Below are positions 23,901-34,600 of a stretch of DNA of 64,000 nt, piece by piece; position 1 is the first letter of the stretch, and each line of letters opens with the position of its first letter. A program made the translations under genes and the position numbers. The notes under the pieces were generated by a model, which saw nothing but the letters and a program-made list of their open reading frames with translations, ran no database searches and had not been told where the DNA came from. Location of the stretch: assembly GCF_028641065.1 (NCBI RefSeq), contig NW_026576619.1, forward strand, positions 186,001 through 250,000. The letters are read 5' to 3'. The DNA comes from Leucoraja erinacea. Lineage: Eukaryota.

Positions 23901-25188
23901 TGGAGACCAAATCATTGGGTATTTTTAAAGCAGAGATTGACTGGTTCTTTATTAGTTAAGACGTCAAAGGTTCTGGGGAGAACACAGGAGAATGGGGTTG
24001 AAAGGGCCAGATATATCAGCCATGATTGAATGCCAGAGTAGATTCGGTGGGCAAAATCTTGATTCTTGGTGTCTTGGTCCTCCAAAATATTCCAAATGGA
24101 ATTTTAACTGGAGGTGGTGAAGGGTGGGCTTAAGCCAGAAAGGGTTATTGGGAAGAAAGAGCTACTTTAAATTTATTTGCATTTGGTTGGGTAACTATAG
24201 TTGGGTGGAGATTATTCCATGCTTTAATTGTGCGGGGGGAAGAACAAATTGCTGTACACATCTGTCTTTGTAGCTGGGATCACAAATTGGATCGAATGCC
24301 CTCGTCTGCTCCTAATTGGTTTGGGTTTGGTGTAGGTCTTGTAGTCCATGTCGAGCTGACCATTTAACATTTTGTAAAAACAGGTCAAACGGTGAGCTTC
24401 ACATCTGTCTTGGAGAGGATTCCACCCCAGAGAATTCAGAAGTTTGGTAACACTCGCTTCTCTCTCATAGGCGTTAGTAACAAATCGAGCTGCCTGTCTT
24501 TTTCTATTTCTTAAATACGACCTATTTCTTAAATATTTCTGCTGCTAGAACTTATGAACATGAATTATTCTTCGCCACCCCCAATATACATAGGCTAAGG
24601 CAGAGATCTATAGATTATTGATTATTGAGTGACAAAGGTTATGGACAAGTGAAAGAGAGGTGGGTGGGGGAAGAGGAAAGTGAGGTGGGTGGGGGATTAC
24701 TTGGGAATGGACAATTGAATGTCCACAGTGTTGGGTTGTTAGATGCCGTGGATCGTGAAGGGCAGTTTGTGTGCGAGTTGCCGTGCACCACAAGGGGCAT
24801 TTTGTGGGTTGGGGAGATCCCATCGTCTGTCTGTCCTTGCTCTACAGATGACGTGCTGAGTGGTGAGGAGGTGACGGAGCTGATGGTGAGTGCCGGGGCC
24901 TACCTGTACCTGCCCTGCCCGGTCACATCCTACCATGCTGTCTACAGCTGGAAGCATGAGGAGAGGGATGGGATAGCCTGCACCGTCAAGGATGGCTCGT
25001 GCCCGCTGATGTTTGATGGGCACATGCCCGTGAGCGATGGCTACTTCACCTGCTTCGCCACGGAGGATGGGCTGGAGGAGCGAGTGGCAACATACTTTGT
25101 GCGGCTGAACTCTGGCAGCAGGCCAGGACAGGGTGGCACCACACTGGCACTGGCACTGGGCATGGCTGCTCTCTGCTCCATGCTGTAG
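10403..25188 (+). CDS. SEMA7A-like semaphorin (signal peptide, Sema, PSI, Ig-like domain, GPI signal), about 641 aa, 14 exons
   Basis: Exons: 10403-10502, 11522-11661 (junction phase problem, see findings), 12146-12208, 13639-13737, 13839-13950, 15065-15172, 16063-16202, 17053-17234, 18140-18251, 19077-19266, 20778-20893, 21653-21825, 23402-23451, 24848-25188. Motifs: [17 protein letters not shown]|[24 protein letters not shown]|[16 protein letters not shown]|[32 protein letters not shown], Ig LPCP...VYSW...FTCFA. Hydrophobic C-terminus [16 protein letters not shown] with no cytoplasmic tail. Exon count and boundaries follow SEMA7A as recalled. Confidence 0.88.
10797..11376. other. Assembly gap in semaphorin intron 1
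   Basis: Run of N. Confidence 0.99.
17445..17835 (+). repeat. 66-bp tandem array (SINE-derived), about 6 copies
   Basis: CGTCACCTATCCATGTTCTCCACAGATGCTGCCTGACCCGCTGAGTTACTCCAGCACTCTGTGAAA recurs at 17511, 17577, 17643 and onward. Confidence 0.9.
22548..23210 (-). mobile_element. CR1-type LINE reverse-transcriptase fragment
   Basis: Minus-strand ORFs encode [12 protein letters not shown]...[14 protein letters not shown]...[22 protein letters not shown]...SKFADD and [16 protein letters not shown]; frameshifted and truncated. Confidence 0.9.
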
Positions 25189-26307
25189 GCCATGCCCACG
25201 GTGGAACCACCTTACACTGGATCTACACGCTCAAACATGGACACGCTGAGCCGGCGTCCCGTCCAACACGCTAAGCAGTTTGAATGTATCATCTGCAGTG
25301 TCTGCATCACCTGGTCAATAATCATCATGTTCCCCCCTCTCCCCTGCATGGACTCCGACAGCACTGTCCCAGCCACAGCCCACTGCTCCACACCCCCCAC
25401 TGCTCCACACCCCCCCCAACGACACCGCACTGTCCCAGCCACAGCTCCACACACACCCCCCCTGCTCCCCCCCCCCCCCCCCATGACACTGCACTGTCCC
25501 AGCCACAGCTGCACACACCCCCCCCTCCCCCTCTGCTTGCACTGTCCCAGCCACTGCTCCACACACACCCCTCTACACTGTCCCAGCTCACCTCCACATA
25601 CCCACCTCCCTCCTGCCGGACACCGCTGTCCCAGCCACAGCCCACTGCGTCTACACCCTCCCTCTAATGGCCTCCAGCACTCCCCACCTACCCCATTGCT
25701 TCCACTTCCACCCTCACTGCTTCAACACTCCCTCACCTCCAGCCCCTCCACGCTGAGGTGGCCAGCCTGGGCTCAGTGCCACAGACCCGGGTTCCATCCT
25801 GACCTCAGTTGCTATCTGTGTGCGTGTGTGTGAAGTTTCTACATTCTACCTGTTGACTGTGTGGGTTTGCTCCAGGTGCTCCGGTTTCCTCCCACATCCC
25901 AAAGATGTGCAGGCTTGTGGGTTAATTGGCCCACTGTAAATTGCTCCCTAGTGTGTAGGGAGTGAGATAACGAGTGTGATCGGGTGATTGATGGTCAGCG
26001 TGGACTCGATGAGCCGAGGGTCCTGTGTCTACGCTGGATCAGTTCACTTTCTGCCCGACTGTGGAGGCTCTCTCTGCTGCAGCGACCCTGATTCCCGCAT
26101 ACTGTCCCAATCCCACCCGTGCAGCCCTGTTGCAGTCTGTTAGGAATTGGTCCAACACTTTCTAAACAGAGGGAACAGGATGAGGGAAATGTGAATGGAG
26201 TTATTCTGTTGGGATGGGCAGTGGTGGGTGGATGCAGTTAATGATCTGATCAGTGAGATTGGTGTACCCACAAACTGGTTTGACTACAGGATAGAACAGT
26301 GCATGAT

Positions 26308-26347
<40 letters not shown>

Positions 26348-26789
26348 AGCAGGGAACCGCATCAAGTTGGAACATTTAGAAGGAATTGAGTAAAACAATG
26401 TAAAAATAAACACAATAAGCCAAGGCCAGATACTCCTATTGTTGGAGGACAGGACATTCCCAGGAGGACATTGAGCAACTGCCAAGGAGCAGTTTGCCAT
26501 GGCTGTCAACATTAATCCCATTGATCATTTTGAAGGCTGTTTAGCTAGAGGGTGGTGAATCTGTGGAACTCATTGCCATTGTCGGCGGTGGAGGCTAAGC
26601 CTCTGGGTATTTTGAAAAAGGAGATAGGTTTTTGATTATTGAGGGTGTCAAAGGTTGCGGGGAGAAGGCAGTGAAATAGGGCTGAGAGAGAAAAATAGAT
26701 CAGACTTGATGGGCCAAATATCGTAATTCTGCTCCAATTGTTTAGTTAAGTTTAATGATACAGCATGGAAAAAGCCTCATGGGCCCACA

Positions 26790-26996
26790 CTAAGGACATC
26801 TTGCAATTTTACTCAAGCAGATTAACCTAAAACCTGTACGTCTTTGCAATGTGGGAGGAAACTGGAGCACCTGGAGAAAATCCACATGGTCATGGGGAGA
26901 ACGTGCAAACTCCATACAGACAGCACCCGTAGTCGGGTTTGAAGCTGGGTCTCTGGTGCTGTGAGGCAGCAACTCTACCGCTGCGCCACCGTGCCG
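26790..26996 (-). mobile_element. V-SINE/HE1-like SINE
   Basis: Same head and core as the other copies, on the reverse strand. Confidence 0.7.
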
Positions 26997-27299
26997 CATT
27001 ATGTCTTATGGCCCATCAGAAGGCAGGAAGGACACACACGCACACTAATCCAGGAAGCTGCATTTACAGCTTAGTTTAAAGAGACAGACCTACACAATCC
27101 ACACGTCAGACAGAATGGGGGAGAGACCAGGGTTGTAGTCACACCGCACTCACATAGGCTGCTCCATACATGTCGAGCACGGGCCGGTGTCCACACAGGA
27201 ACTACATGGGGCACAGGAACATTGCATTAAGGGGATTGAGCTGAGATAACAGCCCAGGGCAGGGCAGCACCAGCCTGAGAGTGCACGGACCATCGCCCG

Positions 27300-29450
27300 C
27301 CTCCAATACCACTTCTGCTCGCTGTCCACAACCCAGTGTGAAATGTTTACCGACAGGCTAATGCTTCAAGCAGCAACATTGCCTTTTACCTAAATTGTCT
27401 ATGAATGTACAGACCGTGGCATTTCAACTGTGTTTCCCATTTAAGATGCTTTGCATTGTAAAACATTATACTGCAGCATTTTCAAATAGCTTTGCTTTAA
27501 CTTTATGTCTAATTGCATCATTGGGGATCAGAATATCTGAACAAACCTAAACAAACATTTAAATAAACAGTTGTGTTAACACATCTGAGTATAAGTGTAT
27601 CATCTGTGTCTCAGTGCCAATTTCATATTTCACATTTCCTTCCCCAAGACTGGCAGCTTTAAATGGGACATAGATCATTCTGTTAGACTAGTCGATGCAC
27701 GTACAGAAGACCATTAATGTGTCAAAACATCCCAAGGTGCCACATTAGGGTTACAGTTTTAAGTTGCGTTAAAGTTTTAGTACAGAGTGTAAAAGTTTGT
27801 AAATGAAGTAGATTTTTAAGAAACATTTGTGCAGAGACTCAGTGCGGGGATTTCAGACTCAGCGCCCAGGCACCCTGGCATCAGGGAGGGCTGTGGTCGG
27901 GACACAGAAACCAGGGGGGAGCACAGAAGGGAAGGCAGAGCACAGTGGGTGGTAGTACAGGAACACAATGGTGGGGGGAGCAAGCATAGCGAGGGACGGC
28001 CCAACTTGGGAAGGGGGTGAGGGGAAGGCACCTTTTCTTGACTGGTAGAGTGTCAGGGGTTACCAGGAGAAGGCAGGAGAATGGGGTTTGGAGGGAGAGA
28101 CAGATCAGCCATGACTGAATGGTGGAGTAGACTTGATGATTGAGTTGAGTTTATTGTCGTGTGTACTGAGGCCTATAACATGAGTGCCCAGGGTGTGGGG
28201 AGGAAACGGCAGATGGGGAAGAAGATGAGGAAGGAGATGGAGGGGTGAGTGTTGGGGAATCTCAGGTAGGGAGCCAATTGGGGGGGGGGGTGATGAGGTG
28301 AGGGGTGGGGGTGATATGTGAGGGGGGTGACGGGGTTGGGGGGGATAGGGGGGGTGATATGTGAGGGGGGATGGGGGGGGTTATATGTGAGGGGGCATGG
28401 GTGATGGATGGGGGGTGAAACATGGGGGGGGAAGATGGGTGATGTGTGGGGAGATGGGGGGTGGGTGATACGTGGGTTGGTGATACGTGGGGGGGGAGAT
28501 GGGTGATGTGTATGGGGGGATGGGGGGGGTGATACGTGGGTTGGTGATACAAGGGGGGGTGATACGTGAGGGGGGATGGGGGGGTGATATGTGAGGGGGG
28601 ATGGGGGGGGTGATATGTGAGGGGGGGATGGGGGGGTGATATGTGAGGGGGCATGGGTGATGGATGGGGGTGATACGTGTGGGGGGGGGAGGGGGGTGAT
28701 ACGTGATGGTGTACAAGGGGGGGGGGGGATGGGGGGGGTGATACGTGGGTTGGTGATACAGGGGGGGGTGATACGTGGGTTGGTGATACAAGGGGGGGGG
28801 TGATGATACGTGGGTTGGTGATACAAGGGGGGGGGGTGATACGTGGGTTGGTGATACAAGGGGGGGGGTGATACGTGGGGGGGGGGGGGGGATGGGTGAT
28901 GTGTATGGGGGCGACGACCGACAGGGGGAGAGCCCAAGGGGCGGAGCCAATCGAGTGACAGGTGTTGCGGCCATGAGATCGACAGGGGGGAGGGGCCAGG
29001 TCGGGCGATTGAGGGGGGGGAGGGTCTGGGTGGAGTGAGTGACGGGAGGAGCAACCAAGGGGCGGGGCAGGGGGGTGGGTGATTGGCGCCTGGGGGGCGT
29101 GGCCGCGTGGCCAGCGCGCGTGCGTGGTAGCGCAGTGTGCCACGTGCCGGGAGCTCGGGACGACGACGGCCTCTCCCGCGCGCGCCTCCCGCCCTTTGCT
29201 CCCAACTGCCGCCCGTTCGCGCGCCCGCCCGCGCCGCAGGCCTAGTCTGCCCGCCCGCCCGCACCTCACACCGGGCCTGCCGTCCGTCCGTCCCTCACCG
29301 TCTCGTCAAACACACATTCACGAAGAGTGAGGCCGCCGCTGGAGGTTGCGCGGGGAGCGGCGACGGCGGCTTGGGCCAGCGAGGCTCAGTGGGCGCAGCG
29401 ATGGCGTCAAATTGATCCTCCGACGCGGCGACGAGGTTGGACTTCATCTC
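27300..29450 (-). ncRNA. Candidate divergent spliced transcript head-to-head with TDRKH (TDRKH-AS1-like position); possible 52-aa sORF
   Basis: On the minus strand, donor ACG|GTGAGG after 29299, pyrimidine-rich acceptor TTTCTGTGTCCCGACCACAG| before 27890, then repeat-free AT-rich UTR-like sequence. Both ends are approximate. Confidence 0.4.
28260..28900. repeat. G-rich minisatellite (GTGATACGTGGG.../GTGATATGTGAGGGG...)
   Basis: Reiterated units with variable G runs. Confidence 0.85.
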
Positions 29451-29780
29451 CCAGTGTGCACCTCGGCCCCGCCTCATTGCGTGACTTAACCCCCGCATCC
29501 GCACTGTGATTGGCGGAAGCAACCGCCCAATCGCGATTGTACGTTGGGCGGGGTCTCGCCCGTGATTGGCCGGCGCGGGAGGTCAGGCGTCGGCGCTCGC
29601 GGTGATTGGTTCAACATGTGCTAGCGCCCCGCCCACTCTAATCTGATTGGCTGGTTCGGTGCCCGCGACTCCGGCCGCTGATTGGGCGGCGCGCCGTGCC
29701 CGGCCCCGCGAGGGGGGGGAGGGGGGGAGGAGGGACTCGGCGGCGGCGGCGGCTGGAGGGCGGGGAGTGGACAACGGTGA
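29040..29780. promoter_or_regulatory. CpG island, probably bidirectional promoter, with a CCAAT-box cluster and GC boxes
   Basis: Dense CpG. CCAAT/ATTGG at 29082, 29509, 29527, 29565, 29605, 29646 and 29681; several GGGCGG. TDRKH non-coding exon 1 donor ACG|GTGAGG at 29776/29777. Confidence 0.85.
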
Positions 29781-31607
29781 GGTGACATAGGCCCGGGGAC
29801 AGGTGCAGATGTACCGGCCTCTGGGGTGGGGATGGAGGGACCAGCGGGGTACCGGGCCGAGATGGAGGGAGGGAGAGAGATGGAGGAGGGGAAGGGTTAG
29901 GGAGGGGCGGAGAGAGAGAAGGAACGGACAGCAGAAGGAATGGAGACTGGGGGGGAGAGAGAAGGGATGGGGGCTCGGGTGATGGGACCCACAGGGGAGG
30001 GGGGGGGGAGGACATTGGATGGGTGCTCGAGGGGAGGGGGGAGGCTATATGCGATGGGGTGTGGGCTAGTTGGGATGGAGGGGAGGGGGCTAGATTTGGG
30101 GTGGGATGGAGACTAGATGGGGTGGGGTGGGGGCTAGATGGGGTATGGGGGTGGGGGCTAGATGGAATGGAGGGTGGGGGGCTAGTTGTGGTAGGGGGGG
30201 GGGCTAGATGGGATGGAGGGGAGGGGCTAGTTGTGGTAGGGTGGGGGCTAGATGCGATGGTGGGGTGGGAGGCTAGATGCGATGGGATTGGCTGGGGTGG
30301 GGGCTAGATGCGGTGGAGGGGGTGGGGACTAGATGGATGGAGGGGGGGGGCTGGGTGGGGTGGAGGGGAGGGGCTAGATGGGATGGAGGGGGGTGGGGAC
30401 TAAATGCGATGGAGAGGAGGGGGCTAGATGGGATGGAGGGGTGGGGTGGGGGCTAGATGGATGGAGGGTGGGGGCTAGTTGGGATGGATGGGGGGGGGGG
30501 GCTAGTTGTGGTGGGGTATGGGCTAGATGGGATGGAGGGGGGGGGGGGGCTAGATGGGATGGGGGTGGGGGCTAGTTGTGGAGGGGGGGTGGGGGCTAGA
30601 TGGGATGGAGGGGTGGGGGCTAGATGGGATGGAGGGGTGGGGACTAAATGCGATGAAGAGGAGGGGGCTAGATGGGATGGAGGGGAGGGGGCTAGATGGG
30701 GTGGGGGGGGCTAGTTGTGGTGGGGGGGGGGGCTAGATGGGATGGAGGGGAGGGGGCTAGATGCGATGGGGTGGGGGCCAGATGGGATGCAGGCGAGGTG
30801 GATGACAGTTGTAAACTTTGATGGATGCCATGTAGCAATGCAAAGGGCAGGAATTGATTTAGTTTCTTCAGATTCTTGCAGAGTTTCACAAGGTAGGGCT
30901 GGGAACGGTTGAATATCATGGGATTGGAGTAGAGGGGGTTGGCAGAGTTAGTGAGGGAATGAGGTGGAAGGTATTGTTGTGAGGGTCTGGTCCGTTGGTG
31001 TGGAGTGCTGACATAAACGGATGTTTGGCTTGAAAGGCTACAATAGTAACTAGTGATGTCCAAAACATTTGCAGTAAAAATTGCTTCCCTTTCCATGTAC
31101 CTGCCTGTTTGTGTCTTAGTGTTGTCCATCAAGGTGATGCTGGATTCTGGCCGTCAGTCCGATGTGGTCGGGTTAAGGTACCCTTGTGCCAGATTTCTTC
31201 ATTTCTCTCGCCCAGAGTGGGTGAATCGAGGACCAGAGGAAATAGGTTTAAGGTGAAGGAAATAGGTTTAAGGTGAAGGAAAAGGTTTAATAGGAATCTG
31301 AGGGGTAACATTTTCCCACAATAGGTGGTTGGTGCATGAAATGAGCTGCCTGAAGAGGTAGTTGAGGCTGGGACTATCCCAACGTTTAAGAAACAGTTAG
31401 ACAGATACATGGATAGGAGAGGTTTGGAGGGATATGGATCAAATGCGGGGCAGCTGGGACTAATGTAGCTGGGACATGTTGGGCAGAAGTGCCTGTTTCC
31501 ACGCTGTATCACTGCGACTCTATGACTGGGGCTTTGTTTTCCACATACAGACAGCACGCTTAGTCAGGATCGAACCCAAGTCTCGGGTCGGCCCGAGAGG
31601 AGCAGCA

Positions 31608-34600
31608 ATGTCGGCACACAGTGCCTGGAGCAGCCTGACCACAACACAGAAGGTGCTGCTGGCTGTCGGCCTTCCAGCAGGTGCTGCCATGGCCTACGTG
31701 TTTTACAGGAGATACAGCGAGAGCCTGGGTAAGAGCAGCAGTGAAGCATCTTCAGTGTGTGTTCACGCAACAATTCCTCGTCCACGCTGACTCGTGCCTG
31801 CTCTGCTGTTCATGGTGACCATTGCTGCATGCATCTCACTTAACACCTGTTGATCGCTGTGTGTAGGATGTGTGTAGGATAGTGTTAGTATGCAGGGATC
31901 GCAGGTTGGTGCGGACTCGGTGGACTGAAGGGCCTGTTTCCGCGATGTATCTCTAAACTAAACTGATAGTAAAAACTGTGATGTGAACATTCTGTACACA
32001 GCCAGCACTACAAACTTGTCATGATACTTTTATATCGAACATAAAACAACTCAGGAGCATCTGTGCTCAACTCTATGCCAAATTACAATGATCTCCCCTG
32101 CCAGTCTGTGATCCATAATCCTCCATTCCCTGCATATTCATGTGCCGATCTAAAATCCTCTTAAACACCAGTCCACCAACTCAGGCAACACATACCTCAC
32201 ACCCACCATTCTGTGTATACAAAAACAAGCTGCAGTAACTCAGCGGGACAGGCAGCATCTCTGGAGAGAAGGAATGGGTGACGTTTCGGGTGACAAGCTG
32301 TTTGTTGGATGAAACTTCTAACTACAAGTAACCCACCATTCCCTCTTACTCCATCCCTCCTCCACCCAAGTCGCACCAGCTTCTCGTTTTCACCCAACAC
32401 ACAGCTAACAATACCCTGTTTCCTTTATCATCTTTACTTTTTTGCATATCTTTCATTCATTGTTCTTTATCTCTCCATATCACTGTCTACATCTCTCGAT
32501 TTTCCCGTGACTTTCGGTCTGAGGAAGGGTCTCGACCCAAAACGTCACCCATTCCATCTTAATCTTCTGGTTCAGCAGAACATGAAGGACCTTTCAAATG
32601 CCTTACTAACGTCCATATGAACAACATCCACTTCTCAATAAATTCATATAGACATGATCTGTTGCATACAATGCTGTGCTGACTATCCCAATTAACCCAT
32701 TCTCTGCCAAATGGCAATGAATACAATCCTGTAGAATCCTCTCCAGTTGAACACAAAGTGCTGGAGTAACACATCTGGTCAGATAGTACTGTGTTTACAA
32801 ATCTGAAATCTGCAAATTTGTAAAAAAAAGAGGCAGTGCATGGATGGTCACTAACTCTGTCTCTGCTCCAGGTGAGCACTGCGTGCTAGTGGGTGACAAT
32901 CAGATCGCCGTGGACATGAAGGTTCCTCGTGACAGCGTGAAGCTGATCATCGGCCGGCAGGGCACTACGATCCAACAGGTAAGAATGACGTTCCCCGCAG
33001 CTCCTCCTCTCGTCCAGGCACGCTGGTATGGTGACGTTTAGAGATAGTTTAATTTAGTTCAGCGATACAGTGCAGAAACAGGCCCTTTGGCCCACAGAGT
33101 CCATGCTGACCAGCGATCCCCGCGCATATTTGGACCTATGTTAGGTCTATCTCTCTCTCTACACCTTATGTATCCATGTACCTGTCAAATGTATTTAAAT
33201 GTTATTGTACTTGCCTCAACTCCATTCTCTGACATCTTATACCATGTACCCATACACCATGTGTGAAAAATCTCTCCCCTCTCACCTTAAACCTGTGTCC
33301 TCTGGTTCCTGATTCCCCTGCCCTGGGTAAGAGACTCTGTGCCTATCTGTTCCCTTTGTGGTTTTTAAATGGCTCCATAATCTCCCCAAACCTCTGTATG
33401 ATCCAGGGTTTGGCACAGATCAGTGCAACTATGGAAGTAAGGCAAGCCTGCAATCTTTATAATTCATGTTTGCAGTATTGCTTTTTAATATTTCATGTGC
33501 TTCAAGTGCTTTCACTTTTATCAAATTGATTTTTCTTTAAATTGTTATGTGGCTGTGGAGACGGTGATAATGAAGGGGATACGAACAGTGGAACAAAACA
33601 AGATGACAGTGAAACTAGTACAACGTCTAGGGGCGGGGAGGGTCGGAGAGAGAACTAAAACTAAGTAGAGGAGAGCGCTGGGGAGGGGGGTGGTGAAGAG
33701 TGTGTATGTTACCAGATTGCTGTAACCCCCTTGGACCATTCTCTCTCCCCCCCCCCCCACCACCTCCTCCTCCACATCCACTCCCCCCCCCACCCATTTC
33801 CCCTTCCCACTCCCCACCCTAACCCCTCAACACTACACCCCCCACCCACACTCTCCCACCTCGCCCTCCACTCCCCACCCATTCCCCTCCCACTCCCCAC
33901 CCTAACCCCTCAACACCACACACACCCCACCCACACTCTCCCACCTCACCCTCCACTCCCCACCCATTCCCACTCCCCACCCTAACCCTTCAACACTACA
34001 CACCCCCCACCCACACTCTTCCACCTCGCCCTCCGCTCCCCACCCATTCCCCCTCCTAATCCCCACCATAACCCCTCCCTAACCACCTCCCCCCCTCCCC
34101 CCTGCAGCTGCGGAGGGAGACGGGAGCCCGCATCGACATGGAGGGCGGCGAGGAGTGGGCCGACGAGGGGGGAGCGGCCGAGAGGAAGCTGACGATCGTG
34201 GGGGCCCCCGTGCAAGTGTGCAAGGCCAGGGCGGCCATTCGCCAGCTGCTAGCCCATGGAGCCAGGGTCACCGAGGAGCTGCACGTCCCCCCTCACACAG
34301 TGGGACGCATCATAGGTGACCCGCACTGCTCCCTGTGTGCCAGCCCCCCGTCCCCGTCCCCACACCTCTCTGCCCGGTGCAGGGCTGGGGGCAGGAGGGG
34401 GCTTCCACAGCCTGGTGGTGCATGGGTGGGAGTGTCTCCAATGGTCCTGGGGCAGCGGTGGGTGGTCAGAGCTGCATCTCCGAGTGGCAGGTCGTGGAGG
34501 AGAATCGATCCGTGCCATGTATCGGGCCGGGTGGGGGAGAGGGGGGTCTCCCATAACCTGGTGCAGCGGGGAATGGCTGAGGGGGTCAGAGATGGTGTCT

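Noticed and set aside
27860-29447. Antizyme (OAZ)-like +1 frameshift: spliced sORF starting MKSNL and ending CCC-TGA-T, near where OAZ3 lies in human
   Set aside because: The +1 frame (GAT GCC AGG GTG CCT GGG CGC TGA) closes after 7 codons and no antizyme ORF2 motifs were found. Human OAZ3 also lies at the other end of TDRKH.
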